The notes under the pieces are model-generated. The model was not told the DNA's origin. It was given only the letters and a program-made list of their open reading frames with translations, and did not search any database. Both the position numbers and the translations under genes were made by a program. Below, in pieces: positions 20,639 to 30,844 of a DNA stretch of 64,000 bases. Origin of the DNA: Limnothrix sp. BL-A-16 (GTDB taxonomy: Bacteria > Cyanobacteriota > Cyanobacteriia > CACIAM-69d); the NCBI GenBank assembly GCA_041937175.2, contig CP166615.1, positions 3,616,001-3,680,000 of the forward strand. Direction: 5' to 3'. The number at the start of each line of letters is the position of its first letter. Within the stretch, counting starts at the first letter, position 1.

Positions 20639-23600
20639 TTAACCTTCAGCGATCAGGGCCTGGTGAATGAAGCTGGCCAGGTCGGCGCGGGTGGTGGGCT
20701 GATTGGGATTCAGGCGATCGGGACTGGGTTGCCCTTGCAGGATTTGGCGCTTGAGGGCGGCGGCAATTTTGCCCTGCACGGCACTGGGAATTTCGGCGCG
20801 ATCGTCCAGCACCGCCAAGCCTTCGGGGGACTCATCGGGCCAAGCCAGCCCTCCGGCCAGGGCCGCGGCCAACTGCCAACGGGGCACGCCCAGCTCGGGG
20901 CCAAATCGATCGGCATCCATACCCGAGAGAAATTGGCCCCGGTAGGCGCGATCGATCGCCTCAGCGGCCCAATAGCCCGCAGGCACATCTTGAAAGACCT
21001 TGCTCGATCGTCGATCGCTCGGATCAAAAGCCTTGACCAACACCGCCGCCAATTGGGCCCGGTTAATCGGCTCATCGGGATGGAACGAGCCATCCTCGTA
21101 GCCGCTGAGGATGCCCTGTGCCGCCAGGGTATTGATGAAGGGGGCGGCCCAATGGTTAGCGATGTCGCTGAAGGGGCTGCTGGACGGGTCGCTGTTGGTG
21201 GTGTTGCTGCCCAAATCGACAATGTAGGGCGATCGCAGGGCGCTGGCCAGACCCTTGGTGACCAGGGCTTGGTAAAGGAAGGCCGATACTTCCCCCCGGG
21301 TGATGGCCCGCTCGGCTTCCAGGCGGGTGAGGTCTGGATAGTTCACCACCATGCGCCGCACCGTGGCCGTGGCGATCGCATCGCGGGCAAAGTTGGGAAT
21401 CCGAATCGCATCGCTGTAATAGCTCAAAACACTCAAGGTTCCCCCCGTCAAACCCAGGCCATTCACCAGGGCGACCAACGCTTGGGCCCGGGTGAGGTTG
21501 GCATTGGGCTTAAAGCTGCCGTCGGGAAACCCTGCCAATAGTCCGCGTCGATAGCATTGGTCGATCGCCCCAGCGGCCCAAAAACTGGCCGGCACATCCC
21601 AAAATTTCGCCCCCGATCGCAGGTTAGGCAAGCTGGGAAAAGCCTTCACCAACAGGGCCGCAAACTGCCCCCGCGTCAGGTTGGTGTTGGGACGAAAGGT
21701 GCCATCCTCCTTGTAGCCGCTCATGATTTGCCGTTGGATCAACTGGCGAATAAACGCTTCGGCCCAATGGCCGGTCACGTCATCCCCCAGCGGGCCGGGA
21801 CTGGGCGTTGGGCCAGGGGTCGGAACCGGACTGCCGCCGCCCGCCCGTCGCCGGGCCTCCAACACCGCCTTGTAAGCGTTCACCTTGCCATAGCCAAACC
21901 ACCGGGAAAACCCGCGACTGTCATAGGAACCATAGCGAAATCCAAACTGTGGATCGGCATTGGTGTCCACAATTTTGTCCGTCGTTGATTCCAGAATCTG
22001 TTTCACCTCCCGCGCCGTCAGGTTGGGATTCGCGGACAACACCAGGGCTGCCACGCCCGCCACCACCGGGCAAGCGCTGGATGTGCCCCCAAAGTCGGCG
22101 GTGAAGTCCGTGCTGCTGTAGCCTGCGGATCCCAGGCGATCGGTCGTGAACACTCCGGCTCCGGCCAGGTTGCTGGTCACCTGGGGCGGAGTCAGAATGG
22201 CACCGGTTTCCGGCAACCAAATTCCCGGCGGTGCATTGTTGCTGGGGGCGCAAACGGAAATGTTATCGCCCCAATTGCTGTAGGCGGCTTTGCGGTTCAA
22301 GCTGGTGGATGCAGAAACGGCAATCACGTCCGGATGGGCCGCAAACCCCGACAGCCATTCCGTGGATCCCGACAACACCTTGTTGGGCCAACCCTGTTCA
22401 TTCACCGTGCCATTCACGGGCCGATTGGCATTGCCGGCCGCAAACACAATCACACAGCCCTTGCCATTGCGGCCCTGGGTGGCGGCCCGGCTGAGGGCGG
22501 CCCGTTGCCGGGTGGAGAGGGGAAAGTAAATGCTGCCTGGGCCCCAGCTACAGGAAACGACGGCGGCCCCCCGAGACACACACCAATCAAACAGTTCTTC
22601 CACCGCTTGGTCATCTAAGTAGCCGGTGGTGCGAATGGGCATCAAGGCACAACGGGGAGCCACCCCAACGATGCCGCTGCCGTTTTCTTCGGCCACGGCA
22701 ACCCCGGCACAGGCGGTTCCGTGGCTGTCGTCCCGCGTGCCGGGCAGGGGGTTAAAGTCATTGTCTTTAAAGTCTTTGGGGCTGACGATTTTGCCGGTTC
22801 CCTGAAAGTCCGGGTGGCTGAGGTCAATGCCATCGTCGGCGATCGCCACGATGACGGATCGATCGCCCCGGGTAATGTCCCAGGCCTTTTCCGCATCGAT
22901 ATGGGAACCGGCGGTGATGCTGCTGCCCCCGTTGTTTTGCAAATACCACTGGGAACTGAAAAACCCATCCCGCGGCCGATAGAAGGGCTGGCTTTCAAGG
23001 ATGGCATTGGGTTCGGCACTCAGAACGGCCGGATTTTCCAGCAGGGTGTTGGCAATTTTCAGGGGGTTCAGGGGCGTTCGATCGCTCAGGCGATAGATAA
23101 ACGCATTGGGAATGCCGTCCAGGGGTTTCACCAACACCAGCCCCAACCCTTGGGCGATCGCGTCCACCGCCTGGGCCACCAGGGTGGGATGAAACACGAT
23201 CGTCACCTCATCCCCCAAATAGACCCGCGTGGCTCCCCGGCCTTGGTATTGGTAAACGTGGCTCACGTAGTCAAAGGCTCCGGAGCGGCGAGCTTCGTCC
23301 ATCACCGGATCCAACCGGGCTGGAGCCACCAGCAACTCCACCAGGGGCACCCCCCGCCCTAGCGGCCGCACCTGGGTTACGTCGGGCCAGCGGGTGGGAT
23401 CGATCGGCTGGGCGGCTTTGGGGCGCACCACGAAGCGATCGGGCACTTTTTCCAGCAGCACCTCATCTCCGCCCCGTTGCAACACCAGGCCCAGAAACTG
23501 GGGCGGCACACCAACGGCCCCCACAGAGTCCAAATCGGACGGCACGGGATGAGAAGAAGGTTGCAAATCCGCCACGGGGAATATCTCCTGAAACAGGCTT

Positions 23601-23653
23601 GGAACGGGCTTGGAAGAAGATTGCGCTGCAAACGACAGGACGCTACGCCACAA
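20639..23653 (-). CDS. S8 subtilase with multiple C-terminal SLH domains
   Basis: Catalytic triad motifs IADDG, HGTACAG, GTSSACP; repeated SLH motifs (HWA..GY.DG.F.P..TR); start uncertain. Confidence 0.92.
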   Translation of the reverse strand: MWRSVLSFAAQSSSKPVPSLFQEIFPVADLQPSSHPVPSDLDSVGAVGVPPQFLGLVLQRGGDEVLLEKVPDRFVVRPKAAQPIDPTRWPDVTQVRPLGRGVPLVELLVAPARLDPVMDEARRSGAFDYVSHVYQYQGRGATRVYLGDEVTIVFHPTLVAQAVDAIAQGLGLVLVKPLDGIPNAFIYRLSDRTPLNPLKIANTLLENPAVLSAEPNAILESQPFYRPRDGFFSSQWYLQNNGGSSITAGSHIDAEKAWDITRGDRSVIVAIADDGIDLSHPDFQGTGKIVSPKDFKDNDFNPLPGTRDDSHGTACAGVAVAEENGSGIVGVAPRCALMPIRTTGYLDDQAVEELFDWCVSRGAAVVSCSWGPGSIYFPLSTRQRAALSRAATQGRNGKGCVIVFAAGNANRPVNGTVNEQGWPNKVLSGSTEWLSGFAAHPDVIAVSASTSLNRKAAYSNWGDNISVCAPSNNAPPGIWLPETGAILTPPQVTSNLAGAGVFTTDRLGSAGYSSTDFTADFGGTSSACPVVAGVAALVLSANPNLTAREVKQILESTTDKIVDTNADPQFGFRYGSYDSRGFSRWFGYGKVNAYKAVLEARRRAGGGSPVPTPGPTPSPGPLGDDVTGHWAEAFIRQLIQRQIMSGYKEDGTFRPNTNLTRGQFAALLVKAFPSLPNLRSGAKFWDVPASFWAAGAIDQCYRRGLLAGFPDGSFKPNANLTRAQALVALVNGLGLTGGTLSVLSYYSDAIRIPNFARDAIATATVRRMVVNYPDLTRLEAERAITRGEVSAFLYQALVTKGLASALRSPYIVDLGSNTTNSDPSSSPFSDIANHWAAPFINTLAAQGILSGYEDGSFHPDEPINRAQLAAVLVKAFDPSDRRSSKVFQDVPAGYWAAEAIDRAYRGQFLSGMDADRFGPELGVPRWQLAAALAGGLAWPDESPEGLAVLDDRAEIPSAVQGKIAAALKRQILQGQPSPDRLNPNQPTTRADLASFIHQALIAEG

Positions 23654-24016
23654 CGACGGACATTGGCCAGCCAGAAATCAGCCAGCCAGGACGGTCAACG
23701 CCGCCCCCAATCTAGGCTGATCCGACGCGGAGGGGCCCAAGGGCGATCGAACCTTGTCGTAGAATAGAGCCGATTTGACCATCACAACGGGTACAAGCCT
23801 CGCCCTCGGAGGGTGGCTTGATCCCAGTCGCGGGCGGGCAGTCCGAGACTCAAAACGGACGCGGGGGCCAGCGTGAATCCAGTTCGCTGGTAGCGACCCC
23901 TGAAGCGTCAACCCATGGTCTAGTCGAGCAACTCCGGTTGCTTGGTTAGCACCAGAATCCCCACGCCCTTGGGGTGGGGAGGATGTCAAGCGGCTCCTAA
24001 TCAATCCACCCAGCCC

Positions 24017-24595
24017 ATGCTAGCCCTTCGATTCCCCCGGTTGCTGCCTGTTGTTTTACCCCTGTTGGCAGTTGCGGCGCTGGCCCCCAGCGTGCGGGCC
24101 CAAGAAACGAATCTGCCCGATGCCACTCCAGCCAATCCTGAACCGGCGGTGGTTCAAGCAACGGGACTGTTGAGCATGGCCGGCGGTCAACGCTTGATGG
24201 ATGAAGCCGCCCGCGCGATCGAGTCCCAAAACTACGGTTTGGCTCAACAGCGCTTGCAGCAAGCTCGGCAGGTGTTTAACCAGTTGTCGAACTTCCATCA
24301 GCAATTGTCTGGTGCATTTTCCGCGATCGACAACCGCATTTCCCAAGAACAGCGCAAGAACGCCCTTGAAGCGGCCCAAATGCGCGATTTATCGACCTAT
24401 CAGCTTGCCTTGGTTCACCGGGCCCAAAATCAACCGGAATTAGCCATTCCTCTGTTGGTGCAGATTGTTTCAAGCCAAAGCCCCACGCGAGATTTGGGAA
24501 CCAAGGCCTATCAACAACTGGCGGAGCTGGGCTTCATCAGTCCGGGGGCCCTGCGTCCAGCGCCCGCACCGGCTCCCGCTGCCACACCTCGCTAG
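24017..24595 (+). CDS. Secreted helical (TPR-like) conserved hypothetical protein
   Basis: Signal peptide ending VRA; conserved PELAIPLLVQIV..QSPTR.LG.KAYQQL.ELGF. Confidence 0.8.
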   Translation: MLALRFPRLLPVVLPLLAVAALAPSVRAQETNLPDATPANPEPAVVQATGLLSMAGGQRLMDEAARAIESQNYGLAQQRLQQARQVFNQLSNFHQQLSGAFSAIDNRISQEQRKNALEAAQMRDLSTYQLALVHRAQNQPELAIPLLVQIVSSQSPTRDLGTKAYQQLAELGFISPGALRPAPAPAPAATPR

Positions 24596-24610
24596 CGGGA
24601 GTAGGGGCAA

Positions 24611-26083
24611 TTGAGCCGACCGCCAGCCTTGAACAATCGGCAGCGCTGGTTCCAATCCCAGTGGCTGGAGGTTGATCGGGCCCTGCGAGATGGGGCCACC
24701 TTGGCCCAACGGCGCGATCGCCCCTGGTGGGATCAGTGGGTTTTGGCGGGCCGGCAGCGCGAGTTGCGGGCGGCCCGCTCGGTTTTGAGCTGGTTGGCAG
24801 GCGGCATTCCCGACCCATCGATCAATATGGATCCAACCAATATGGATCCAACGAATCGGGACGGGAGCGGCTGGGATCCAGAGGACGATACGGCATCGGC
24901 AGCATCGGCGCTCAATTCGCCCCTGGGTCGATCGGCAACAGGCCCGATTAACCGCCCACCGGCCAATTCAGCCGCTAATCAAGCTGCGGGTGGGGGCAAT
25001 CCATCGGCCAATTCGCCACCCAATCGCCCGATCGGCTCCGGCGCGATCGACCCCAGCCGCAATCCGCCCCCGCCCCCCGAGGATCCGGCGGGTGGCTCCA
25101 CACCGACCGCCCTAGACCTAACGCTCTGGCGATCGACCCTCTTTGACGATGCGGTGGCCCGGCTGACGGTCGATCGACTGGTGAACTTGACCGGTTCTCC
25201 CCTGGAAATTGAAATTCTGCATCCCGATCGCCGCCGGGAGCTGTTGGCCCTAGTGTTGCGACGGGTGGAACGGGGTCTGGAGGAAGTGCGCCGCGATCGG
25301 CTGCGGGGCGATCGCTTATTGGCCCAACAGGAAGCCTTGCTGCAAACCTGGTGGGTTCAGCTTTTGGATGACTTTTTAGGCGACTGGCTCACGGATCGCT
25401 CAACCCTGCGATCGGGCAATGGGGCCCTGCGGCTCCAGCGCGATCGACTGCTTCAGGATTGGGCGATTGTGGCCGCAGACATTTTGAACCGGGCCGTGGA
25501 ACTGGGCCCCTTGCTGGAACACCTGCTTTGGGGGTTGCCCTTAACGGTGGATGGGGTGACGGTGGAGGCGGGAACCGGGGCTGCCCTCGATCGGGCCAGT
25601 GCCCTGCTGCATAACCTGGTGCTTTGTTTGGCCTGTGCCGTGGTGCAACCGGTTTTGAATCGCTATGGCGATCGGGAAGGTCTGAAGCTGGCCCTGTTCG
25701 ATCGGCGCTGGTTACCCACCCGGGAAGTGGAACGGTTTCGCAATGACCTGGCTTGGAAATATCGAGTGCAACGCTGGGTCAGCGAACCCAAAGCCATCTA
25801 CGAAAGTCGCTATTGGCTGCTGACGGCCAGCGATCGGGGCATTGTGGCCTTGCCGGTTTATGCGCCCCGCAACCAGGAATGGCGGGCCCTGTCCGGTGTG
25901 CCCTTGGGGGTCACGTTGCTGATTGAAGCCCGCGACGCGATCGCCCCTCGGGTGCGGGCCACGGTCACCCTGGCCGGTCGTGGGGCCCTGATGGTGCTCC
26001 AGGCGATCGGGCGCGGCCTTGGCTTCATCGGCCGCGGCATCATTCAAGGATTGGGCGATGCGCTCGATCGCCGCAAGACTTGA
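24611..26083 (+). CDS. DUF3685 (Ycf55-like) protein
   Basis: NLTGSPLEIEIL, TREVERFRNDL.W, AIYESRY and EARDAIAPR motifs. Confidence 0.8.
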   Translation: MSRPPALNNRQRWFQSQWLEVDRALRDGATLAQRRDRPWWDQWVLAGRQRELRAARSVLSWLAGGIPDPSINMDPTNMDPTNRDGSGWDPEDDTASAASALNSPLGRSATGPINRPPANSAANQAAGGGNPSANSPPNRPIGSGAIDPSRNPPPPPEDPAGGSTPTALDLTLWRSTLFDDAVARLTVDRLVNLTGSPLEIEILHPDRRRELLALVLRRVERGLEEVRRDRLRGDRLLAQQEALLQTWWVQLLDDFLGDWLTDRSTLRSGNGALRLQRDRLLQDWAIVAADILNRAVELGPLLEHLLWGLPLTVDGVTVEAGTGAALDRASALLHNLVLCLACAVVQPVLNRYGDREGLKLALFDRRWLPTREVERFRNDLAWKYRVQRWVSEPKAIYESRYWLLTASDRGIVALPVYAPRNQEWRALSGVPLGVTLLIEARDAIAPRVRATVTLAGRGALMVLQAIGRGLGFIGRGIIQGLGDALDRRKT

Positions 26084-26192
26084 TGGATCGCGAGTCAAGA
26101 CTTTTCTTTGGGGCTGCCGGATGGGCATTGCTCCCCTGCGACCCAATGCCCTTGATCGCTAGCCTTCGAGGGTAATCACTAGCCCCGATCGG

Positions 26193-26657
26193 CTAATCCG
26201 ACACAATTTTCAGCAGCCGCACAAACAACACCCCCAACAAGAAATAGGTCAGCATCGCCACGATCGAGTTCAGATCCAACGCATTGAACTGACCAAACCG
26301 AAATACCGGGAATAACGTTGAAAAAGGGCCAATGTAGGGACTGGCCAAAAACTCAATGCCCTGAGCAAAGGGACTGCGGGGATTCGCTCCCGTTAGTTGC
26401 AACAGGAATCGCATCCCAATCAAAATTTCCAGGGCCACAATCAGGTAATAGGTTCCCTGTTGCACCCGCCGCAACACCTCATTGCGCCGTGCGATCGCCA
26501 TTTGCCGGGCATCTTCCCGCAAGCGGCGCTCTTCCGCCCGCAACTGCATTTCATAGAGCTTGCGGGCGTAGTCTTCGGGGGGCAGTTGGTCACCCGGCAG
26601 GCTATCAGCGCCCGATTCAGAGGGGCGATCGTGAAACGGATTGCCGTTGGTGCTCAT
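26193..26657 (-). CDS. YggT family membrane protein
   Basis: LEILIGMRFLLQLTGANP..F..PF..LF pattern. Confidence 0.75.
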   Translation of the reverse strand: MSTNGNPFHDRPSESGADSLPGDQLPPEDYARKLYEMQLRAEERRLREDARQMAIARRNEVLRRVQQGTYYLIVALEILIGMRFLLQLTGANPRSPFAQGIEFLASPYIGPFSTLFPVFRFGQFNALDLNSIVAMLTYFLLGVLFVRLLKIVSD

Positions 26658-26774
26658 GGATTCGGGATCAGGCCCTAAAAACAGCGATCGAATCCATGCA
26701 ATCGTTTTGCGGCTCCGTCGTCAAGCGATCGCCCCTCCCAACCCATCATCCAAGCAGCGGCCATTGGCTCGGCC

Positions 26775-27524
26775 TTAAGCCAGGTCAAACAGCAACAGCT
26801 CCGCACTCTCTGAAGCCGTAATTTCCACCTGCTCCAGGGCCGTGATGGCCGCCGCGTCGCCCGCCTCCAGCGTCACCCCATTCAGGGCGATCGCCCCACG
26901 AGCCACCTGCAACCACCCGCCGCGTTCAGGGCTGGCAAATTGATGCACCACCCGATCGCCCGCCGCCAACGAACTGGCAAAAATCAGCGCATCCTGATGA
27001 ATCGTCACCGAGCCATCGCGACCATCGGGCGAAGCCACCACCCGTAACCGGCCCTGCTTGTCTTCCGGCGCAAAGAACACCTGCTCATAGCCCGGCTGCA
27101 AGTTGTTGCGATCGGGCAAAATCCAAATTTGCAACAGGTGCAGCGGCTCCGAATCCGACGCATTAAATTCGCTGTGCAAAATGCCCGTTCCGGCGCTCAT
27201 CCGCTGCACGTCGCCCGGCCGAATCAGGGAGCCGTTGCCAATGCTGTCCCGGTGCTCCAGCAACCCACTCAGCACATAGGTCACGATTTCCATATCGCGA
27301 TGGCCATGGGTGCCAAACCCTTGCTTGGGGGCAATCACATCCTCATTGATTACTCGCAACGTCCGAAAGCCCATGTGATTGGGGTCGTAGTAACTGCTAA
27401 ACGAAAAACTGTGATAGCTATCCAACCAACCGTGATTGGCATGGCCCCGATCGCCCGATCGCCGAATCGTGATGTTGCCCGCAGTGGTCGGGGCGATCGA
27501 GGCAGCAGAAGACGAAATAGTCAT
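26775..27524 (-). CDS. Pirin family protein
   Basis: [31 protein letters not shown]. Confidence 0.95.
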   Translation of the reverse strand: MTISSSAASIAPTTAGNITIRRSGDRGHANHGWLDSYHSFSFSSYYDPNHMGFRTLRVINEDVIAPKQGFGTHGHRDMEIVTYVLSGLLEHRDSIGNGSLIRPGDVQRMSAGTGILHSEFNASDSEPLHLLQIWILPDRNNLQPGYEQVFFAPEDKQGRLRVVASPDGRDGSVTIHQDALIFASSLAAGDRVVHQFASPERGGWLQVARGAIALNGVTLEAGDAAAITALEQVEITASESAELLLFDLA

Positions 27525-27729
27525 GGCTCAATTACTCCACCGTTTAACCTAATCAAACCGTGCAAAATCCAGAAATGCAAAATCCAGAAACGCAAAATTC
27601 AGCAATCAGCAAATCACATCAACAACCGAAGCCACCGGTAAGGCCAGTTCACCTCAGGAGGATGATTTGATCAGCATTTGACCATTTCAATACACCAAAA
27701 AAATCAGCCATTTTCACCAAATTTGAGTC

Positions 27730-27984
27730 CTAATTAGCCATTAGCGGCTGATGGGAACCATCACAGAAGGGCGGATTTTGAGTTTGTTTGCAATTACAAA
27801 TCGCGACCTTCTTCGTTTCTGTCACCTCAAAGGCAAAAGGCGTGAAACTCGTTCCCTGGTGGGAGCCATCGCAGAATTTCTGAGAAGCCGATCGACCGCA
27901 AGTACACCAGAAATATTTCCCCGGTGTCAGTTCAATCACCTCAGGCTTTGTATCAGCAATCACAGCCTCATTGGGAGCAGTCAT
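27730..27984 (-). CDS. CDGSH iron-sulfur domain protein (two motifs)
   Basis: WCTCGRS..FCDGSH and CNCKQT..PFCDGSH. Confidence 0.92.
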   Translation of the reverse strand: MTAPNEAVIADTKPEVIELTPGKYFWCTCGRSASQKFCDGSHQGTSFTPFAFEVTETKKVAICNCKQTQNPPFCDGSHQPLMAN

Positions 27985-28060
27985 GCTTAAAATTCTCTCT
28001 CGGTTCAGTAAACTAGGCGATTGAATTAATCCTAGGGGCTTCTCTCGGCAGCAACAAGTA

Positions 28061-28095
28061 CGCACAAAAAAGTGCGGTAGTTACCAAAAAGAAAC
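28061..28095. promoter_or_regulatory. Putative HxlR-family operator (tandem inverted repeats)
   Basis: CGCAC-N6-GTGCG followed by GTTAC-N6-GAAAC between the divergent CDGSH and HxlR genes. Confidence 0.5.
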
Positions 28096-28379
28096 CATCC
28101 GGCAACCCAATCCACTGAATCACCCCAATTAACCAATTCAATGAAGAGGCTTAAGAATAGAAGAAACTTGAGAATATTTTTGAGTCAAAACTCAATTTTA
28201 GATTTTCTTGAAAGTGCAATTTTTAAGTGTAATTTCTAAATGCAGTTTCTAAAAAATTCAAGAGAGCATTCAAGAGTATATTCAAGAGACATTTCAACTA
28301 TCAACTTGAAGAAATTGATCTATATTGCTTTTGATATGGTCTGCTATGGCTTCCTTCGCTGTATGAGGATCGATCGCCC

Positions 28380-28838
28380 ATGATTACCCCGAATCCAGCA
28401 CCCACCACGGGCTTCACGCGCCTCAGTTGTGCCGTTGAGACAACACTCAATATCATTGATGGGCGCTGGAAAGTGCTGATTTTGCGCGAGCTATTTGCAG
28501 GAACCATGCGCTTTGCTCAACTGCGCCGAGCGCTTCAGGGCGTGACGCAAAAAATGTTGACTCAGCAGCTACGGGAGTTGGAAGCCGATGGCATTGTTCA
28601 CCGGCAAGTTTATCCAGAAGTGCCGCCCAGGGTGGAGTATTCCCTCACGCCCTTGGGTGAATCCCTGTGGTCAGTCCTGGAAGCGATGCACAACTGGGGA
28701 CTGCACTATCAAACCTCCCAAGGTATCGTTGATCATCCTGCTCATGGGGAGCCAGCGTTGCCACGCTTACCGATCGACTATGACGCTCAAAACTATGGCG
28801 CTCAAGACTTGGACAATCACCAAAATTTAAGCCCCTAA
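28380..28838 (+). CDS. HxlR (DUF24) winged-HTH regulator
   Basis: CAVETTL..GRWK..QKMLTQQLRELE.DG..PPRVEYSLT. Confidence 0.93.
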   Translation: MITPNPAPTTGFTRLSCAVETTLNIIDGRWKVLILRELFAGTMRFAQLRRALQGVTQKMLTQQLRELEADGIVHRQVYPEVPPRVEYSLTPLGESLWSVLEAMHNWGLHYQTSQGIVDHPAHGEPALPRLPIDYDAQNYGAQDLDNHQNLSP

Positions 28839-28963
28839 AACACCCAGATTTCAGAATACAGAAATTGCAGGACACAGGAGCCTAGCACGCCCAATTATGA
28901 CCAAAGGTTGGCTCAATGGATTTCCACTCAGCCAACCCCTAATTTAGGATCATTATTCACAGA

Positions 28964-29419
28964 TTAAAGCGGCAAGAGCGATCGCTGACAGGAAGGGCAA
29001 ATGGCGTGGATGGTTAACTGGCAATCGAGCAGATGGTAGCCCTCTTTTTCCGATTGCTTAATTCCCATTTTCAAAACCGAATCGTTCTTGAATTCGATCG
29101 TTTTATTGCACTTAACGCAAATTAAGTGATGGTGATGATGGGGATAGGGCTGATTCAGTTCGTAGTGCTTGTGGCCCTCTGCTAATTCTAGTTCGCGCAA
29201 AATGCCCATGCGCGACATTAATTTCAGGGTTCGATAGATCGTAGAAAGGCTGATGCCTTGGTCTTGCTCTTCAAGCAAGTGATACAGATCTTCGGCGCTG
29301 AGGTGGCGACCTTCGGGCAGATCCTTGAAGACATTGAGGATCACTTCGCGTTGGGGAGTCATCCGCCAACCGCGCTCGTTTAACTCGGCTTTTAGGGACT
29401 GTGGTGTGTAGGAAAACAT
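28964..29419 (-). CDS. fur: Ferric uptake regulator
   Basis: LKAELNERGWRMTPQR, HHHHHLICVKC, CPSC, matching cyanobacterial FurA. Confidence 0.93.
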   Translation of the reverse strand: MFSYTPQSLKAELNERGWRMTPQREVILNVFKDLPEGRHLSAEDLYHLLEEQDQGISLSTIYRTLKLMSRMGILRELELAEGHKHYELNQPYPHHHHHLICVKCNKTIEFKNDSVLKMGIKQSEKEGYHLLDCQLTIHAICPSCQRSLLPL

Positions 29420-29503
29420 AGGGGTTGGCGAGGTTTGACCTGAAGCGTTTCCCTCTGCCAAATGGTAACAGGTATAAATGAGCATTTGCAAGAAGCTCGT
29501 ATT

Positions 29504-29522
29504 ATTGAGAATAAATCTTAAG
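29504..29522. promoter_or_regulatory. Putative Fur box upstream of fur
   Basis: ATTGAGAATAAATCTTAAG, an imperfect TTGAGAAT-N-ATTCTCAA inverted repeat. Confidence 0.5.
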
Positions 29523-29820
29523 TCTAGTTTTAGGGAATGGGTCGCTTGGGTCTCCCCGGGCCGATCGCCCTAACGATCGGGTGGGCCATCAAGTTGTTGG
29601 GGGGTGGGGCTTTAGGGCGATCGCGCCGGAGTCGGGCCGGGCAAATTGGGGGTCGATCGACCCTTTGCAAAAGTTGACATATCCCAAGGGATCAGAGCGA
29701 TTAACTTGCGATTAAGGGCTAGAACCGCCCTGTTTAAATGCAGATCTTTGCAAATATGGGCGCGATCGAGCTGCCTTTACAGCTCGATCGGGGAAGATTT
29801 CAGCGATCGCCTGGATTGGT

Positions 29821-30498
29821 TCAGGAGGGGTTCAAGTCCCGGAATTTGGCTTGCTTCAGTTGCTCATACCGAGCCTGGAGCGATCGAAAGTTGTGCTGAA
29901 TGAGGGGAAACAGCTTGGACGGAAAGGGTTCGTTTAAATCCATTGGGTTCACACCGCGCATGGATTCGATCGATCGCACAGCTTTGTAAATTGCCACATG
30001 TTTCAGATATTTCAGCAATTCTTCAATCAGCTCTTGGCTATTTTCTGCCTGTTCAGCCAGGTGAATTTTGGATTCGATAATTGCAACAATTTCATCGTGA
30101 TTTTTTAAAATAAAGTCTCGCTCAATAATTTCTCCGGCAGAATCCGGTAACGCGTGATCTCTTGCGCCCAAAGTGGCGATTCGCTGCCACATGGCGTTGT
30201 CTTTTTCAAGGCGTAAATAAATTGGCCAATAGAACTCGGCAATTTGGCGCTCCAAGAATTCCAGTTCCGCCTGATGACGAGCCAGCACGATTTCTTGTTC
30301 TAATTCGGCAACGCGCTGTTTCTGCTGATTTTCCAAATCGACTAGGATTTGGCGCTGGCGATATTTTTCATTGATGTCGCTTTTAAAAATTTCAAATCGC
30401 TTGTTTAACCAATAGCCAGCAATCAGCACAATGCCGCCAATGAGCACTTTATCAACAACCAGTTCAATTAGTTTTTCAGAAAGGGCCATGGTGATCAT
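29821..30498 (-). CDS. Hypothetical protein with N-terminal TM helix and coiled coil
   Basis: 225-aa ORF, more AT-rich than its flanks; LERQIAEFYWPIY. Confidence 0.75.
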   Translation of the reverse strand: MITMALSEKLIELVVDKVLIGGIVLIAGYWLNKRFEIFKSDINEKYRQRQILVDLENQQKQRVAELEQEIVLARHQAELEFLERQIAEFYWPIYLRLEKDNAMWQRIATLGARDHALPDSAGEIIERDFILKNHDEIVAIIESKIHLAEQAENSQELIEELLKYLKHVAIYKAVRSIESMRGVNPMDLNEPFPSKLFPLIQHNFRSLQARYEQLKQAKFRDLNPS

Positions 30499-30613
30499 GC
30501 TCCGTTGGCGATTTCAAGCTATTTTGAGAGAGATTTTTGAGAAGCTATTTGATTAGAAAAATTACTTTGGAAGGTTGATTCAAAGAACAACAACCACAGG
30601 GGCAAGGGGCGTA

Positions 30614-30755
30614 GGGTCTGTCGTCAAATCGCCTGAAACCCTGATTCCACCCTTGGCAGATCGTGGGGGACAAGGGGCTTAAGCCCCTTGTTATAACGAC
30701 TGGGACATGAACAATCAATCGTTTCCGCCCGATCCCAGGAAATGACGACAGGCCC
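30614..30755. mobile_element. 142-bp MITE with 13-bp TIRs and TA target duplication
   Basis: TA|GGGTCTGTCGTCA ... TGACGACAGGCCC|TA, with one TIR mismatch. Confidence 0.75.
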
Positions 30756-30844
30756 TAAGCCCCTTGTCTTCGGTGATTGCTAGCCCCTTGTCTTCGACGA
30801 TCGATCGGGTCAGCAGAGTAATCATCTAGGCTGCTCCACCATAC

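Noticed and set aside
20506..30796. CRISPR array from the CAAGGGGCTTAAGCCCCTTG repeats
   Set aside because: Only two or three copies per site, no regular unique spacers and no cas genes; TIR/TA structure fits a MITE.
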